64,000 nucleotides of DNA from Eledone cirrhosa (taxonomy: Eukaryota): NCBI GenBank assembly GCA_964016885.1, contig OZ024744.1:25420001-25484000 (forward strand), given 5' to 3'. Positions 1 to 14,154 of this stretch are shown one piece after another (positions within the stretch are counted from its first letter, which is position 1; the number at the start of each line of letters is the position of its first letter). Below the pieces are notes generated by a model. That model did no database searches. It was not told where the DNA came from and was given only the letters and a program-made list of their open reading frames with translations. A program made the translations under genes and the position numbers.

Positions 1-62
1 GTGTGTGTTGCTAGGTAACATGAGGCGTGCCATGGCAATCGCCTATATGTTTGCGTTAATAT

Positions 63-456
63 CAACGTTCATATAGATGCGTATGTCTATATAGATGTAT
101 ATGTGTATGTCAATGTATATGTGTAAGTTCGTGTGAATTTATGTGTATATGTATGTGTATATACGTGTGTGCGTAAGCATTTGAACGTGTGTATTTATGT
201 ACATATCTGTGTCCACTTACGATGTTTGTATCTATCTATCTATCTATCTGTGTGTATGTATGTGTTTATATATGTGTGTATATATGTATCTATGTATGTA
301 TGTGTGTGTGTATCTATGTATGAATGTATGTATGTGTGTATGTTTGTATATACGTATGTATGTTTATATGTATGTGCATGTGTCTGTACGTGTGCGTGTG
401 TAAAATGGTATGGGATAAAAATGTAAGTGTAAATACATATATATTATATATCTTTA

Positions 457-518
<62 letters not shown>

Positions 519-710
519 TGTTTGTGTGTATGTGCAAACGTACATATGTTATGTGTGTAAATTTGTGGATGTTTGTAAATGCGCATGTATATGGATGGCC
601 ATTGATTTTCCGACTTTCATTCGCAAGTTTATTTGTGGATATGTCAATGATTGCATGTTTGTGTGCATGCGTGTGCATGTGTGTGTGTGTATGTGTGTGT
701 GTGTGTGCAT
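63..710. repeat. Degenerate (TG)n/(TATG)n microsatellite field
   Basis: Direct inspection: continuous TG/TA/TATG runs; ORFs here are V/C/Y/M or H/T low-complexity artefacts. Confidence 0.9.
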
Positions 711-834
711 GACTACGAAGGGGCTTCAAAAAGTTGGGGGGAAAAGGACAGTTGAAAAAAACGGTTTAGGTTATGATGTTTATTAGTTTAAATATGCTCC
801 ATCTAGCTCAATACACTTCTGCAAGTGTTGATAC

Positions 835-958
835 CAGCCTCTCATCCTTACCTGGGTCTATAAAATAAAGTACCAGTCATACACTGGTTCGATTTAATCG
901 ATCGTCTTACCTCTCAAAATTTCTGGCTTTGTTCCTGAATCAGAAACTAATTATTATT
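835..958 (+). mobile_element. SINE 3' fragment, older subfamily
   Basis: cagcctctcatccttacctgggtctataaaataaagtaccagt...ggctttgttcctgaatcagaaac matches the central and 3' part of the SINE at 31070-31250. Confidence 0.7.
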
Positions 959-1234
959 CCAAGTTAGGACTCAATGTATCCTTGTAATCCAGCAAACGAT
1001 TTCCATTCTCCATTGGTCGCATTCTTACCCTCGTCTCCCAGTGGCCTCAGGCGTTGTTGGTCAATCTCTTTGTAGGCTCTCCTCTAGATCTTGGGTGTGT
1101 TAACTCTGACCGGGAGCAGGCGTTAGTGTTTGGTCTCTAATAACTCATGACTACATGGCCAAATTATTTGAGTTGAAATTACAGCATCTTTCATTATCTA
1201 AGTGAGTCGTGTTCTGATGCATATATGTTCATTG

Positions 1235-3285
1235 GTCATCATGTGTTCATGCATTATGTCAAGGATCGCTCTTAGTCATCATGTGTTCATGCATTATGTC
1301 AAGGATCGCTCTTAGTCATCATGTGTTCATGCATTATGTCAAGGATCGCTCTTAGTCATCATGTGTTCATGCATTATGTCAAGGATCGCTCTTACTCATC
1401 ATGTGTTCATGCATTATGTCAAGGATCGCTCTTAGTCATCATGTGTTCATGCATTATGTCAAGGATCGCTCTTAGTCATCATGTGTTCATGCATTATGTC
1501 AAGGATCGCTCTTAGTCATCATGTGTTCATGCATTATGTCAAGGATCGCTCTTGGTCATCCTGTGTTCGTGAATTATGTCAAGGATCGCTCTTAGTCATC
1601 ATGTGTTCATGCATTATGACAAGGATCGCTCTTAGTCATCCTGTGTTCGTGCATTATGTCAAGGATCGCTTTTAGTCATCCTGTGTTCGTGCATTATGTC
1701 AAGGATTGCTCTTAGTCATCATGTGTTCATGCATTACGTCAAGGATTGCTCTTAGTCATCACGTATTCATGCATTATGTCAAGGATCGCTGTTAGTCATC
1801 ATGTGTTCATGCATTATGTAAAAGATCACTCTTTGTCATCATGTGTTCATGCATTATGTAAAAGATCACTCTTTGTCATCATGTATTCATGCATTAAGTC
1901 AAACATTGCTCTTAGTCATCATCTGTTCGTCCATTGTGTCAATGATCGCTCTTAGTCATCATGTGTTCGCGCCTTACGTCAAGGATTGCTCTTAGTCATC
2001 ACGTATTCATGCATTATGTCAAGGATCGCTCTTAGTCATCATGTGTTCATGCATTATGTAAAAGATCACTCTTTGTCATCATGTGTTCATGCATTATGTA
2101 AAAGATCACTCTTTGTCATCATGTATTCATGCATTAAGTCAAGCATTGCTCTTAGTCATCATCTGTTCGTCCATTGTGTCAATGATCACTCTTAGTCATC
2201 ATGTGTTCGCGCCTTACGTCAAGGATTGCTCTTAGTCATCACGTATTCATGCATTATGTCAAGGATCGCTCTTAGTCATCATGTGTTCATGCATTATGTA
2301 AAAGATCACTCTTTGTCATCATGTGTTCATGCATTATGTAAAAGATCACTCTTTGTCGTCATGTATTCATGCATTAAGTCAAGCATTGCTCTTAGTCATC
2401 ATCTGTTCGTCCATTGTGTCAATGATCGCTCTTAGTCATCATGTGTTCGCGCCTTACGTCAAGGATCGCTCTTAGTCATCATGTGTTCGTGCGTTACGTC
2501 AAGGATCGCTCTTAGTCATCATCTGTTCGTGCATTGTGTCAAGGTGCGCTCTTAGTCATCATCTGATCGTGCATTGTGTCAAGGATCGCTCTTAGTCATC
2601 TTCTGTTCGTGCATTGTGTCAAGGATCGCTCTTAGTCATCATCTGTGCATTCATTACGTCAATGATTGATCTTAGTCATCATGTGTTCACGCATTATGTC
2701 AAGAATTGCTGTTAGTTATCATCTGTTCCTGCTTTGTGTCAAGGATCGCTCTTAATCATCATGTGTTCGTGCGTTACGTCAAGTATCGCTCTTAGTCCAC
2801 ATGTGTTCGTGCGTTACGTCAAGGATTGTTCTTACTCATCATCTGTTCATTCATTACGTCAAGGATTGCTCTTAGTCATCATGTCTTCAAGCTTTATGTC
2901 AAGGATCGCTCTTAGTCATCATGTGTTAATGCATTATGTCAAGGATTGCTCTTAGTCATCAAGTGTTCGTGCGTTACGTCAAGGATTGTTCTTAGTCATC
3001 ATGTGTTCGGGCATTATGTCAAGGATACTCTTAGTCATCATGTGTTCGGCGTCACGTCAAGGATCGCTCTTAGTCATCATGTGTTCGGCGTCACGTCAAG
3101 GATCGCTCTTAGTCATCATGTGTTCGGCGTCACGTCAAGGATCGCTCTTAGTCATCATGTGTTCGGCGTCACGTCAAGGATCGCTCTTAGTCATTATGTG
3201 TTCATGCATTATGTCAAAGATTGCTCTTAGTCATCATGTGTTCGTGCGTTACGTCAAGGATCGTTCTTAGTCAACATGTGTTCAT
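1235..3285. repeat. 40-bp tandem minisatellite, about 51 units, with an internal 240-bp higher-order repeat
   Basis: Unit gtcatcatgtgttcatgcattatgtcaaggatcgctctta. Near-identical ORFs at 1746, 1986 and 2226 show the 240-bp period. A 39-bp variant occurs about 4 times near 3030-3190. Confidence 0.97.
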
Positions 3286-3358
3286 ATATGTATGTATGAA
3301 TATATGTATATATGTATGTATGTATGAATATATGTATGTTTATATATATATATGTATG

Positions 3359-3392
<34 letters not shown>

Positions 3393-3402
3393 TGTATGTA
3401 TG

Positions 3403-3433
<31 letters not shown>

Positions 3434-3637
3434 TCGTTAATTTATATATAATAAATAATATAATACTATGTATAAATAAATATGTTTTATATTTTACTAT
3501 ACAATTCTTTTAAAATCATGTTCATTTAAAAATAATTTTCAAATAATTAAAATATACACAGACATATATATAATGTTAAATGAAATTGGAAGGACAGTAT
3601 ATTTATCTATATATATCTATATAGATATGTGTGTGTG

Positions 3638-3920
3638 TCAGGTCACTCTCAAGTGCTACTGGTATCATGTAACGTAGTAGTGGGGTTCTCGGCGACTAAA
3701 CCAGCAACCCCACCAAACTTGCTTGTTGAGGAGGGTGATATTTAGACAACCTACAGGATAAAATACAAGACCCGGCAAAGGGCGGAGGAACTCCACAGAG
3801 TCAACGGCCATCCAAATAATATTTTTTCCACCTGGGAGTGTAAGACCCCCAGTTGTTTTCACAACACCTTTCTAGGAGAGGGAAACTCTGGAAAAAAAAA
3901 AACCTGTGGCTTCGGAAGCA
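3638..3920 (+). mobile_element. 5' part of an RTE-related element, diverged relative of 22500-23110
   Basis: gtcaggtcac...ggcgactaaa...caaccccaccaa...gaggagggtga...ttctaggagagggaaactctg is colinear with 22500-22760. Confidence 0.7.
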
Positions 3921-4135
3921 TCCAATTATGTGTGCTTGTAATTCTATTGTCTATGTATCTTTCTAAATAAACACACACAAAAACATATACACTCACACAA
4001 ATATTATATATAAATATAATGTACACATACACACACATATACACACGCACACACGCACACACACTCACATAATCATAATACCCAATGTATGTAGCCAATT
4101 CGCTATACAAATGTAGCAAATGTTAGAGGCTGGCA

Positions 4136-5347
4136 CCTCTTCCTTCCTAAGTCGACGTCATCACCCCCTCCTTCCTCAGTCGACGTAACACCCCTTCCTT
4201 CGTCAGTCGACGTCATCACCCCCTCGTTCCTCAGTCGACGTCATCACGCCTTCCTTCCTCAGTCGACATTATCACCCCTTCCTTCCTCAGTCAACATCAT
4301 CACCCTTCCTTCTTCAGTCGACGTAATCACCCCCTTCCTTCCTCAGTCGACGTAATCACCCCTTCCTTCCCAGTCGACGTTATCACCCCTTCCTTCCCAG
4401 TCGACGTCATCACCCCTTCCTTCCCAGTCGACGTTATCACACCCTCCTTTCTCAGTCGACGTTATCACCCCTTCCTTCCCAGTCGACGTTATCACCCCTA
4501 CCTCCCTCAGTCGACGTCATCACCCCTTCCATCCTCAGTCGACGTTATCACCCCTGCCTTCCTCAGTCGACGTAATCACCCCTGCCTTCCTCAGTCGACT
4601 TTATCACCCCTTCCTTCCCAGTCGACGTTATCACCCCTTCCTTCCCAGTCGCCGTTATCACCCCTTCCTTCCCCAGTCGACGTCATCACCCCTTCCTTCC
4701 CCAGTCGACGTAATCACCCCTTCCTTCCTCAGTCGACGTAATAACCCCTTCCTTCCCAGTCGACGTAATCACCCCTTCCTTCCTCAGTCGACGTAATCAC
4801 CCCTTCCTTCCCAGTCGACGTAATCACCCCTTCCTTCCTCAGTCGACGTAATCACCCCTTCCTTCCTCAGTCGACGTAATCGCCCCTACCTTCCTCAGTC
4901 GACGTTATCACCCCTTCCTTCCCAGTCGACGTTATCACCCCTTCCTTCCTCACTCGACGTTATCACCCCTACCTTCCTCAGTCGACGTCATCACCCCTTC
5001 CTTCGTCAGTCGACGTTATCACCTCTTCCTTCCCAGTCGACGTTATCACCCCTACCTCCCTCAGTCGACGTCATCACCCCTCCATCCTCAGTCGACGTTA
5101 TCACCCCTGCCTTCCTCAGTCGACGTTATCACCCCTTCCCAGTCGACGTTATCAACCCTTCCTTCCCAGTCGACGTTATCACCCCTTCCTTCCCAGTCGA
5201 CGTTATCACCCCTTCCTTCCCCAGTCGACGTCATCACCCCTTCCTTCCCCAGTCGACGTAATAACCCCTTCCTTCCTCAGTCGACGTTATCACCCCTTCC
5301 TTCCCAGTCGACGTAATCACCCCTTCCTTCCTCAGTCGACGTCATCA
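4136..5347. repeat. 27-28-bp tandem minisatellite, about 44 units
   Basis: Unit cagtcgacgt(t/a/c)atcaccccttccttcc(t); nearly every unit has a GTCGAC site. Confidence 0.97.
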
Positions 5348-6184
5348 AGATAAATTTTTATCGAAATATATACTATCGCATATTACTTTTTGAATTTCCA
5401 TTCTTTCTAGAATTAATTTTTTTGATTTTAAACGTTGTGAATTTTTAGTTCTTTCTACCACAAATTTTGTTGATTTTAAATAATTTTCTATTCACCTATT
5501 TGTACAAAAAAAATTGTAGATTTCTAGTATATTTTTATTTTTATCAACTTCGCTCTAAGTGTCTTTAATAAATATGTTTGAGGTTCGCTCAAACTGACAT
5601 GGCTTAATAGGCATCGCTCAAAATGCACATAATTTTGACTTCGCTCAAAATGACTCGCTAAAATTGACTTCGGTCAAATGAGTAGACACGTATTTTCACA
5701 GTTGAGTAATACAAAGTACTCATTTCTTCATTTACTGCCTGAGTGGTATAAAGTCCATATAAACCGACATTCTGTTACAGCTTCCATCCCGCCATTTAAT
5801 ATAGATCCTGTCCTAAGGCAGATGCTAATGTCTTCTTAAACTTAATGGTGAAGATACGGATCTCTACCAGGGTCCAGGTTTGTATTACAAATCTTGGTAA
5901 TAGCACTGTCATTGCTAAAGTCATATTGAATGTACATCCATGTCATTTTAAAGTATGTCTACATATATATACAATATATGTATGTGTGTATATGATATGC
6001 ACGTAAGTGTATATGTATGTATATGTGTATATATGCATGTATAATATATACGTACATGTGTGTGTGTGTGTGTGTGTATAAATATATAAGTGTGTGTGTG
6101 TGTGTTTGTGTGTGTATAAATATACAAGTATGCGTGTGTATGCATGTATATACGTCTGTATGAATATATGTATGTATGTATAAT

Positions 6185-8485
6185 TCTCTCTTAAATGTTG
6201 AGTTTATTTTTGACGGGCCATCTTCCCGGTGGCAAAGTTGTAAAGAAAAGGAAATTGTCGACGTCTCTCTTGTACTTGTTCATCTTTTGAATCGTAAGAA
6301 TACTTTACAAGTATTGAAAGCTCAAGATATCGCGGTCTTTGATAGCTTATGAATTATGGGGTTATGTTCTTTGTCCACAAATCCAAGTTCAGTTATACTT
6401 TGGTCCAAGCGGGTTGTTATATAATCTATAGCTCCAATAATAATGGTATGAAGCTGAAGGTGTATATTGGATACTGGATCTGCAGACTCCTCATCAATGG
6501 TCCGTAGATGTCCTCCTTCTCTTGCATCATTTTTCTTACAACGTTGACGCCAAGTGGGTAGTTGACTTCTACAATAGAGCATGTTTTAATGTGTGGTCCC
6601 AAACAACAATATCAGGCCGGTTGTGCTTTAATTTGGTGGCAGATTTTATTTTCAGGTCTCACCAGTATTCCTTAGTGCCACCTATCTCAACATATTCCCC
6701 CCTATTTGATTTGATTTTACTCTTCTGTAATGCCTTCCAGGTCGTTCTATCTATCATATCTTGTCTCATGGCAAGTTAATAACGAGAAGACATTTTTCAC
6801 AGTTGGCAATAATATGGCTAACATCTTCAATCTTTGTTTTTCTCAGTCTACATTTACTGTCAATTGATGACCTTCCTCTTTTGTGTAGTAGGTACTTGGT
6901 GGGGGTTTCTTGTTTCTGGATTGATTGGAAATATCCTTCAAAGTGGGATAAACTTTTTAGAACTGTATGTGAGGCTTTTAGTATGGTTTTTCCCGTCTAT
7001 AGTCGGTGATGTTCGTCTGAACAACCCATACACACCCATCTCAGTGAATTGGGCTATTATTTGTTTTGTTTGAGTATTGAGTAATCTTCCAATATTCCTG
7101 GAAGAGATAAGGTTTTATTTTATGTCTTTCTTCTAGATCAGTGGCTATCCAAATATTATTTCCTTCATGCTCATAGACCTGGCAAGATGGCTGCTGACCT
7201 TTTTCTTCTGTTGAGGATGTTGTTTATCCGGGTCTCGTGTGAAGTTAATATAGATTTTAGGCCCCGGCCACTCTGTACCTGAGAAATATAACATACCCGT
7301 ATCACGATTGATGTTTCCAGTAATACTGAACAGCTTGTGAGTCCTTACATCCTCAGAAATATAACATACCCGTATCACCATTGATGTTTCTAGCAATACT
7401 GAGCAGTTTGTAAGTCCTTACATCCTCAGAAATATAACATACCCGTTTCACCATTAAAGTTTCCAGTAATACTGAACAGCTTGTGAGTCCTTATATCCTC
7501 AGAAATATAACATCCCCGTATCACCATTGATATTTCCTGTAATACTGAACAGTTTGTGAGTCCTTATATCCTCAGAAATATAACATACCCATATCACCAT
7601 TGATGTTTCCACTAATACTGAACAGCTTGTGAGTCCTTACATCCTCAGAAATATAACATACCCGTATCACCATTGATATTTCCTGTAATATTGAACAGTT
7701 TGTGAGTCCTTATATCCTAAGAAATATAACATACCCGTATCACCATTGATATTTCCAGTAATACTGAACAGCTTGTGAGTCCTTACATCCTCAGAAATAT
7801 AACATACCCGTATCACCATTGATATTTCCTGTAATACTGAATAGTTTGTGAGTCCTTATATCCTTAGAAATATAACATACCCGTATCACCATTGATATTT
7901 CCTGTAATATTGAACAGTTTGTGAGTCCTTATATCCTTAGAAATATAACATACCCGTATCACCATTGATATTTCCAGTAATACTGAACAGCTTGTGAGTC
8001 CTTATATCATTAGAAATATAACATCACCGTATCACCATTGATATTTCTAGTGATACTGAACAGCTTGTGAGTCCTTATATCCTTAGAAATATAACATCCC
8101 CGTATCACCATTGATATTTCTAGTAATACTGAACAGCTTGTGAGTCCTTACATCCTCAGAAATATAACATCCCCGTATCACCATTGATATTTCTAGTAAT
8201 ACTGAACAGCTTGTGAGTCCTTATATCATTAGAAATATAACATCCCCGTATCACCATTGATATTTCTAGTAATACTGAACAGCTTGTGAGTCCTTATATC
8301 CTTCTGGTTTAGTTCTAGTAATGATAGTTCAGTCGGCGAAATGTTAGAATGGACATACAAATGTTACATGGACGATGTGCTTGTAGTACGTTGAGAGTTG
8401 TGGTGACCATACACTTCTGAGATATATCTACCTGGTTCTCACCATCTTTATGGCTCCATTATATCTGAACTTCTTATCCTGTGTA
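6185..8485 (-). mobile_element. Decayed R4/Dong-like RLE non-LTR retrotransposon fragment (family B), interrupted by a 73-bp array
   Basis: Minus-strand translation gives KLKHNRPDIVVWDHTLKTC (RLE PD motif) and a decayed zinc knuckle. Colinear with 19375-20537. The 3' UTR ends in a (CATA)n tract. Confidence 0.8.
7281..8301. repeat. 73-bp tandem repeat, about 14 units
   Basis: cagaaatataacatacccgtatcaccattgat... recurs at 7354, 7427, 7500 and onward (period 73). Confidence 0.95.
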
Positions 8486-9270
8486 ACACACCTATAATTG
8501 CCACCTGAACCCTAGAGTTTGTATCGTCAAACCTTTCAATTTTAGATTTCCACGGGGTGTACAACGTGTCCATGGAATATGTGTTTGTGTTTGTGTGTAT
8601 GTGTGTCTGTCGGGGGGGGGGTGTATGGCCGTAATATTAGAAAGCTCCATATGTAAGTATGGGCCTATATGAATATGTTGCTCCAGTTGACTCAACTGTA
8701 AGTCATAGGGTTGTCCTTGTCAAACATTGTGTCATGTTCAATATACCTGAGAACTACATTAAGGGTACACGTGTTTGTGTAAGGCTCAGGCACTTGAAAT
8801 TCAATCTCACGTGCAAACTGTTCCGACTGGAATGCATATTTCGGAACCGACAAAGCAGTAACAACAACAACAACAACAACAAACAAACAATATATAAATA
8901 TAAGAAAATATTGAAGTGTGAGTGAATGAGACAGTCAAACAGATAGACAGACAGACATAGAAAGAGGTAGAAGGCAGGCTGCTATTATTTTAGACATACA
9001 CACGCAAAGACGAGAGTGCGTGACACAGGTTATGGAAGACACGTTAATTTCCAGAAACTGATTTATGTGTACAGCTGTTTATGTATGTGTATGTATAACA
9101 TTTCTTGTGTATGTCTATAAGCAAGTGTCCTCATATATGAGTGTGTATGTGTGTATGCACTAATATATATGGGCATATAGAGGTGTTTGCGTGTAGATAT
9201 AGGTGTATATTTGCATATGCATAAGTGTGAGTATATATATTTATGTATATATATATATTTATGTATATAT

Positions 9271-9337
<67 letters not shown>

Positions 9338-9378
9338 AATATATATATATATATATTTATGTACATATATATATATAC

Positions 9379-9448
<70 letters not shown>

Positions 9449-9896
9449 GGGGGGGGGGGGGAGGTATGTGTGTGTGCGATGGTTTATATGTGAGTGTGCA
9501 AGTATGTGTGAATCTGAGTGAATACATTTAATGAAAGTATAGTACTATATGACGTTAGATCTATGTGTAAGCTATATCCATATGTGTGATGTGATTGTCG
9601 TCTGTATGTAACATATGCTGTCAATGATCAGAAAATCATCATGGACGCCCTATCAATATGGCGAATGTCGTCTTTTATCTTATCTTCATTTTAATACTTC
9701 GTGCATAAATAGGTTGTTCACATAGGCGAGATTGGGGTAGGGAGGAGGACGGATAAGTTTTCATTTGCACTCTTCATCCATATATCAGGAAAACTCAAAC
9801 GCGTACATACACGGACACATAAATATATATATGCACATACACACGCGCGCGCACACACACACACATTTATATATATACATATATATGTATGTATGT

Positions 9897-9985
<89 letters not shown>

Positions 9986-10047
9986 TGAAGTTTCCGTGGA
10001 AAAAGTAAAAGGAATGAAGTGTGCTCTATGTAAATAACAGAGCTAAA

Positions 10048-10192
10048 TATTTAAAATATAATAAACAACACAGTATAATTACCTCATTACCCGAAGTTTC
10101 CTGTACAGGAGGAACACAAGAGACATCCGCATTCGTCCTGTTCGGGAAACCTCGGGTAATGAGGTAATTATATTGTGTTGTTTATTATATAT

Positions 10193-10198
<6 letters not shown>
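10048..10198. repeat. Inverted repeat, about 50-bp arms, flanked by (TA)n
   Basis: aatataataaacaacacagtataattacctcattacccgaagtttcc pairs with ggaaacctcgggtaatgaggtaattatattgtgttgtttattatat. Confidence 0.9.
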
Positions 10199-10248
<50 letters not shown>

Positions 10249-10345
10249 TATAACCAAAAGTTAAACAACGTCCATTGATTAATCAATGAATATAGTTTTA
10301 CAATAGATTAGAAGCACTCAACAAAAATGTTTTCTGAAGTTAACA

Positions 10346-10695
10346 ATATTAATTCAAAATATTAATAAATATAGACATTGATGTAATCAAATATATTTTA
10401 TTATATATATTTCGGAGGTACTATGCTGTTTCCTCAGTACGTCCTCATCAGATAAAATATATAAATTGATGTATGACATACCTCAACTATGCTGATGGTT
10501 CAATTCCAGTCTTGGCAAGTAATTGCCAAGACTGGAATTGAACCATCAGCATAGTTGAGGTATGTCATACATCAATTTATATATTTTATCTGATGAGGAC
10601 GTACTGAGGAAACAGCACAGTACCTCCGAAATATATATAATAACATATATTTGATTACATCAATGTCTATATTTATTAATATTTTGAATTAATAT
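10346..10695. repeat. Near-perfect palindrome, 173-bp arms, 4-nt loop, with a hammerhead-like core in each arm
   Basis: Centre cttggcaa-gtaa-ttgccaag. The right arm has CTGATGA-ggacgtactg...cagtacctcc-GAAA-tatat...atata-TT at about 10590-10651. Confidence 0.95.
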
Positions 10696-10879
10696 ATATA
10701 TATATATATATATGATATATGAAGTGTGGTAAGAAACCAGGTGGACCATAACGCATCAGAGTACTTGATACTTTGGGTAGTAGAGTGGGTAATAGGAAAA
10801 TAGTCTAGATCCGAAGGAAAGAGTTCGGATCTAGCAGCCCCAACGGCCGGAGCTCAACCGTCGGATTACTGACTCTATT

Positions 10880-10923
<44 letters not shown>

Positions 10924-10994
10924 CACTCTTTACTCTTTTACTCTTTTTCTTCTTCTAGGTACAAGGCTGAGGCCATGCTGGGGCACCGCCCTTG

Positions 10995-11237
10995 TTTTCC
11001 ACATGTAGATCAATGCGTATCTCTTGCCGTCTTCGTTCCAAGGAGTAGAGGTTCAGTTCTTTTAGACTCTCCCAGTAGCTTATCTCCTTCATCATGGCAA
11101 TCCTCTTGGTGTAGCTTTCCTGGATTGCCTGAAGCTCTATGGTTAGTTTGACATTATGTGGTGACCACAACTGGGAGCAATAGTCCAGGCGGCTTAGGAC
11201 AAATGTCCTCTATAGTGTCAACATGGTCTCTCGGTCA
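10995..11237 (-). mobile_element. CR1/Jockey-type LINE ORF2 C-terminal fragment
   Basis: Translates to RTFVLSRLDYCSQLWSPH...IQESYTKRI...SYWESLKELNLYSLERRR, the typical post-RT motif of CR1-group LINEs. Confidence 0.75.
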
Positions 11238-11249
11238 TATATATATATA

Positions 11250-11337
<88 letters not shown>

Positions 11338-11448
11338 TGAAAAGAAAAAACAAAAACAATAACGAAGAGTGCAGTACAAACTGTGTTAGTATTAGGTTCA
11401 CGCTTGAGAGTGGGGAATATATATATACATGTATATATATATATGTAT

Positions 11449-11524
<76 letters not shown>

Positions 11525-11528
<4 letters not shown>

Positions 11529-11980
11529 TGGCTGCCAACTCGTTTTCGAGTACGGCCACTACTTTATATCCATGTAGGAGAACTCCTACCGATGCGCTGA
11601 ACGAGTGTGACTTTTTAGTCCAGCCAGCGACTTGAAAACTCTGGTACAAACACTACACTTGTGACAATTATTGACACATAGTACTGGGCCCATGATACCA
11701 TGTGATGACAAGTGCAGAGAGATCTCCAGTTATAAAGCAATCCTGTGCCGTGAAGCTTTTATAGTGAGCAAAGGCACTGCACAAAGCCAGTGCCACTCTC
11801 TTAACCAAGATGATATTTACCAAAAAGAAGAACAAGTCAACATCATTGGATACCATCAGAGTTGCAGGTGTTATATCAGAGTTTTCCTTTTCCTAGAATT
11901 CTGCCTTGACAAAGGCTAAGGGGTCATCTCTCCCGGTGATTTTGGATGGCCATTGACTGTTAAGAGCTCCTTTGCCCTTT
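11525..11980 (-). mobile_element. RTE-derived non-autonomous element, 5'-truncated copy
   Basis: Highly similar to the reverse complement of 22650-23110 and directly to 34023-34478; embedded in (TA)n. Confidence 0.85.
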
Positions 11981-12012
11981 ATATATATATATATATATGT
12001 ATACATATATAC

Positions 12013-12861
<849 letters not shown>

Positions 12862-13129
12862 ATATTGCTCTGATTATTTAATTTATTAATTCTTCATAGA
12901 GCTAAAAAGTGACCAGTTGCAACATATATATATCTATAACTTTATGTATATGTAAACCTTTATATATATATATATATATATATTGTTATACTTGGGGAGG
13001 GTCATATTGCCAGAATTAATAACAGAACACACTCACTGTTTGGTTGGTTTCCGCTTTTCGCTTCTGTGTCTTTTATATCGACAATCTAATTTATTCGGTC
13101 CTCAATGTTGCCATATATATATATAACGA

Positions 13130-13314
13130 AGGAAATGTGGTAAGGAACCAGGTGGACCATAACGCACCAAAGTACTCAATACTTAAGGTAGTAGAGTGGG
13201 TAATAGGAACAAGTAAGACCCCGACGGCTGAGCTCAAGCCGTTTCGACGGCTAATTCTGGACAGAATTAGCCGTTGAAACGGCTTGAGTTCAGCCGTCGG
13301 GGTCTTACTTGTTC
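13130..13314. repeat. Dispersed repeat ending in a 108-bp palindrome (13207-13314)
   Basis: gtggtaaggaaccaggtggaccataacgcacc...gtactc is also seen at 10725-10800 and 43855-43900. Palindrome gaacaagtaagaccccgacggctga...tcagccgtcggggtcttacttgttc. Confidence 0.88.
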
Positions 13315-13326
13315 ATATATATATAT

Positions 13327-13643
13327 ATATCAAAGGAAGCAACGGAGTAAAGGACCTGCGTTGTTCCCTGTAATATAATGAGCTCAAGGAAATTTGTCCA
13401 GGCTCTTCAAAATATATAAGAGAGAATACATGAAAAGAACATGTTTTTTCTTTACAGGGTAATTTTTACCTCCGGAGTGAAAGACATATAAACTGTGAAA
13501 GGTACGAGAAAAACATTATGATAAAACATGTTCTTTTCATTTATTCTCTCCTATATATTTTGAAGAGCCCTGAAAAGTTACCTTGAGCTCATTATATTAC
13601 AGGGAACAACGCGAGTCCTTTACTCCGTTGCTTCATTTGATAT
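13327..13643. repeat. Inverted repeat, about 120-bp arms
   Basis: atatcaaaggaagcaacggagtaaaggac...gaacatgttt pairs with aaacatgttc...gtcctttactccgttgcttcatttgatat. Confidence 0.92.
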
Positions 13644-14154
13644 TTTAGCTCCCCACACCCCGTTGGTCGAGCACAATTCAACTTGAATGGTCATATGCTG
13701 CACTTTCTAGCAGTTTTACACCACCATTCAGACCATCAGATGCAGTAATAAGCACGTATTTCTCTTACCACGTGCTGAAGGCTAGTTTCTAACTTAATAT
13801 TAGACACACAAGTCACATAATCTGAAACACTTGCTGATGAACTATGGATAATGTGATCTTTCTCTGCGAATTAGCGAAAAGAAATCCTAACATGGACTGT
13901 ACAGGTGTAATTGTTATTGAGGTACTTATTTAATTTATTAATCTGTTTGATTATAATATTTTCCTCGTACCTTTCACATTTTCCTCTGGTAGTAAAAACA
14001 CCATATCATCTTTTGGGTATTTTTCTGTTCCTTCCACTAATCCTGGAAGAGTCATGGGTGGAGTGATTTCATTCCAGAATAAGTGGAAACAAACCTATAG
14101 CCCAACCGACATTTTGAACTTAAATTGAAAGTTTTAGATGTGTAATTATCTTTC

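Noticed and set aside
133-786. Multiple overlapping ORFs rich in V/C/Y/M or H/T/I (also at 9-12 kb, 15-18 kb, 27-29 kb, 41-45 kb, 52 kb and 60-64 kb)
   Set aside because: These are translations of TG/TA/TATG microsatellites that lack stop codons.
5548-5690. Short repeated ttcgctcaaa motifs suggesting a DNA-transposon subterminal region
   Set aside because: No partner end or TSD was found; too weak to classify.
1235-8301. Regular arrays resembling CRISPR
   Set aside because: Units are head-to-tail with no unique spacers; there are no cas genes; the context is eukaryotic.
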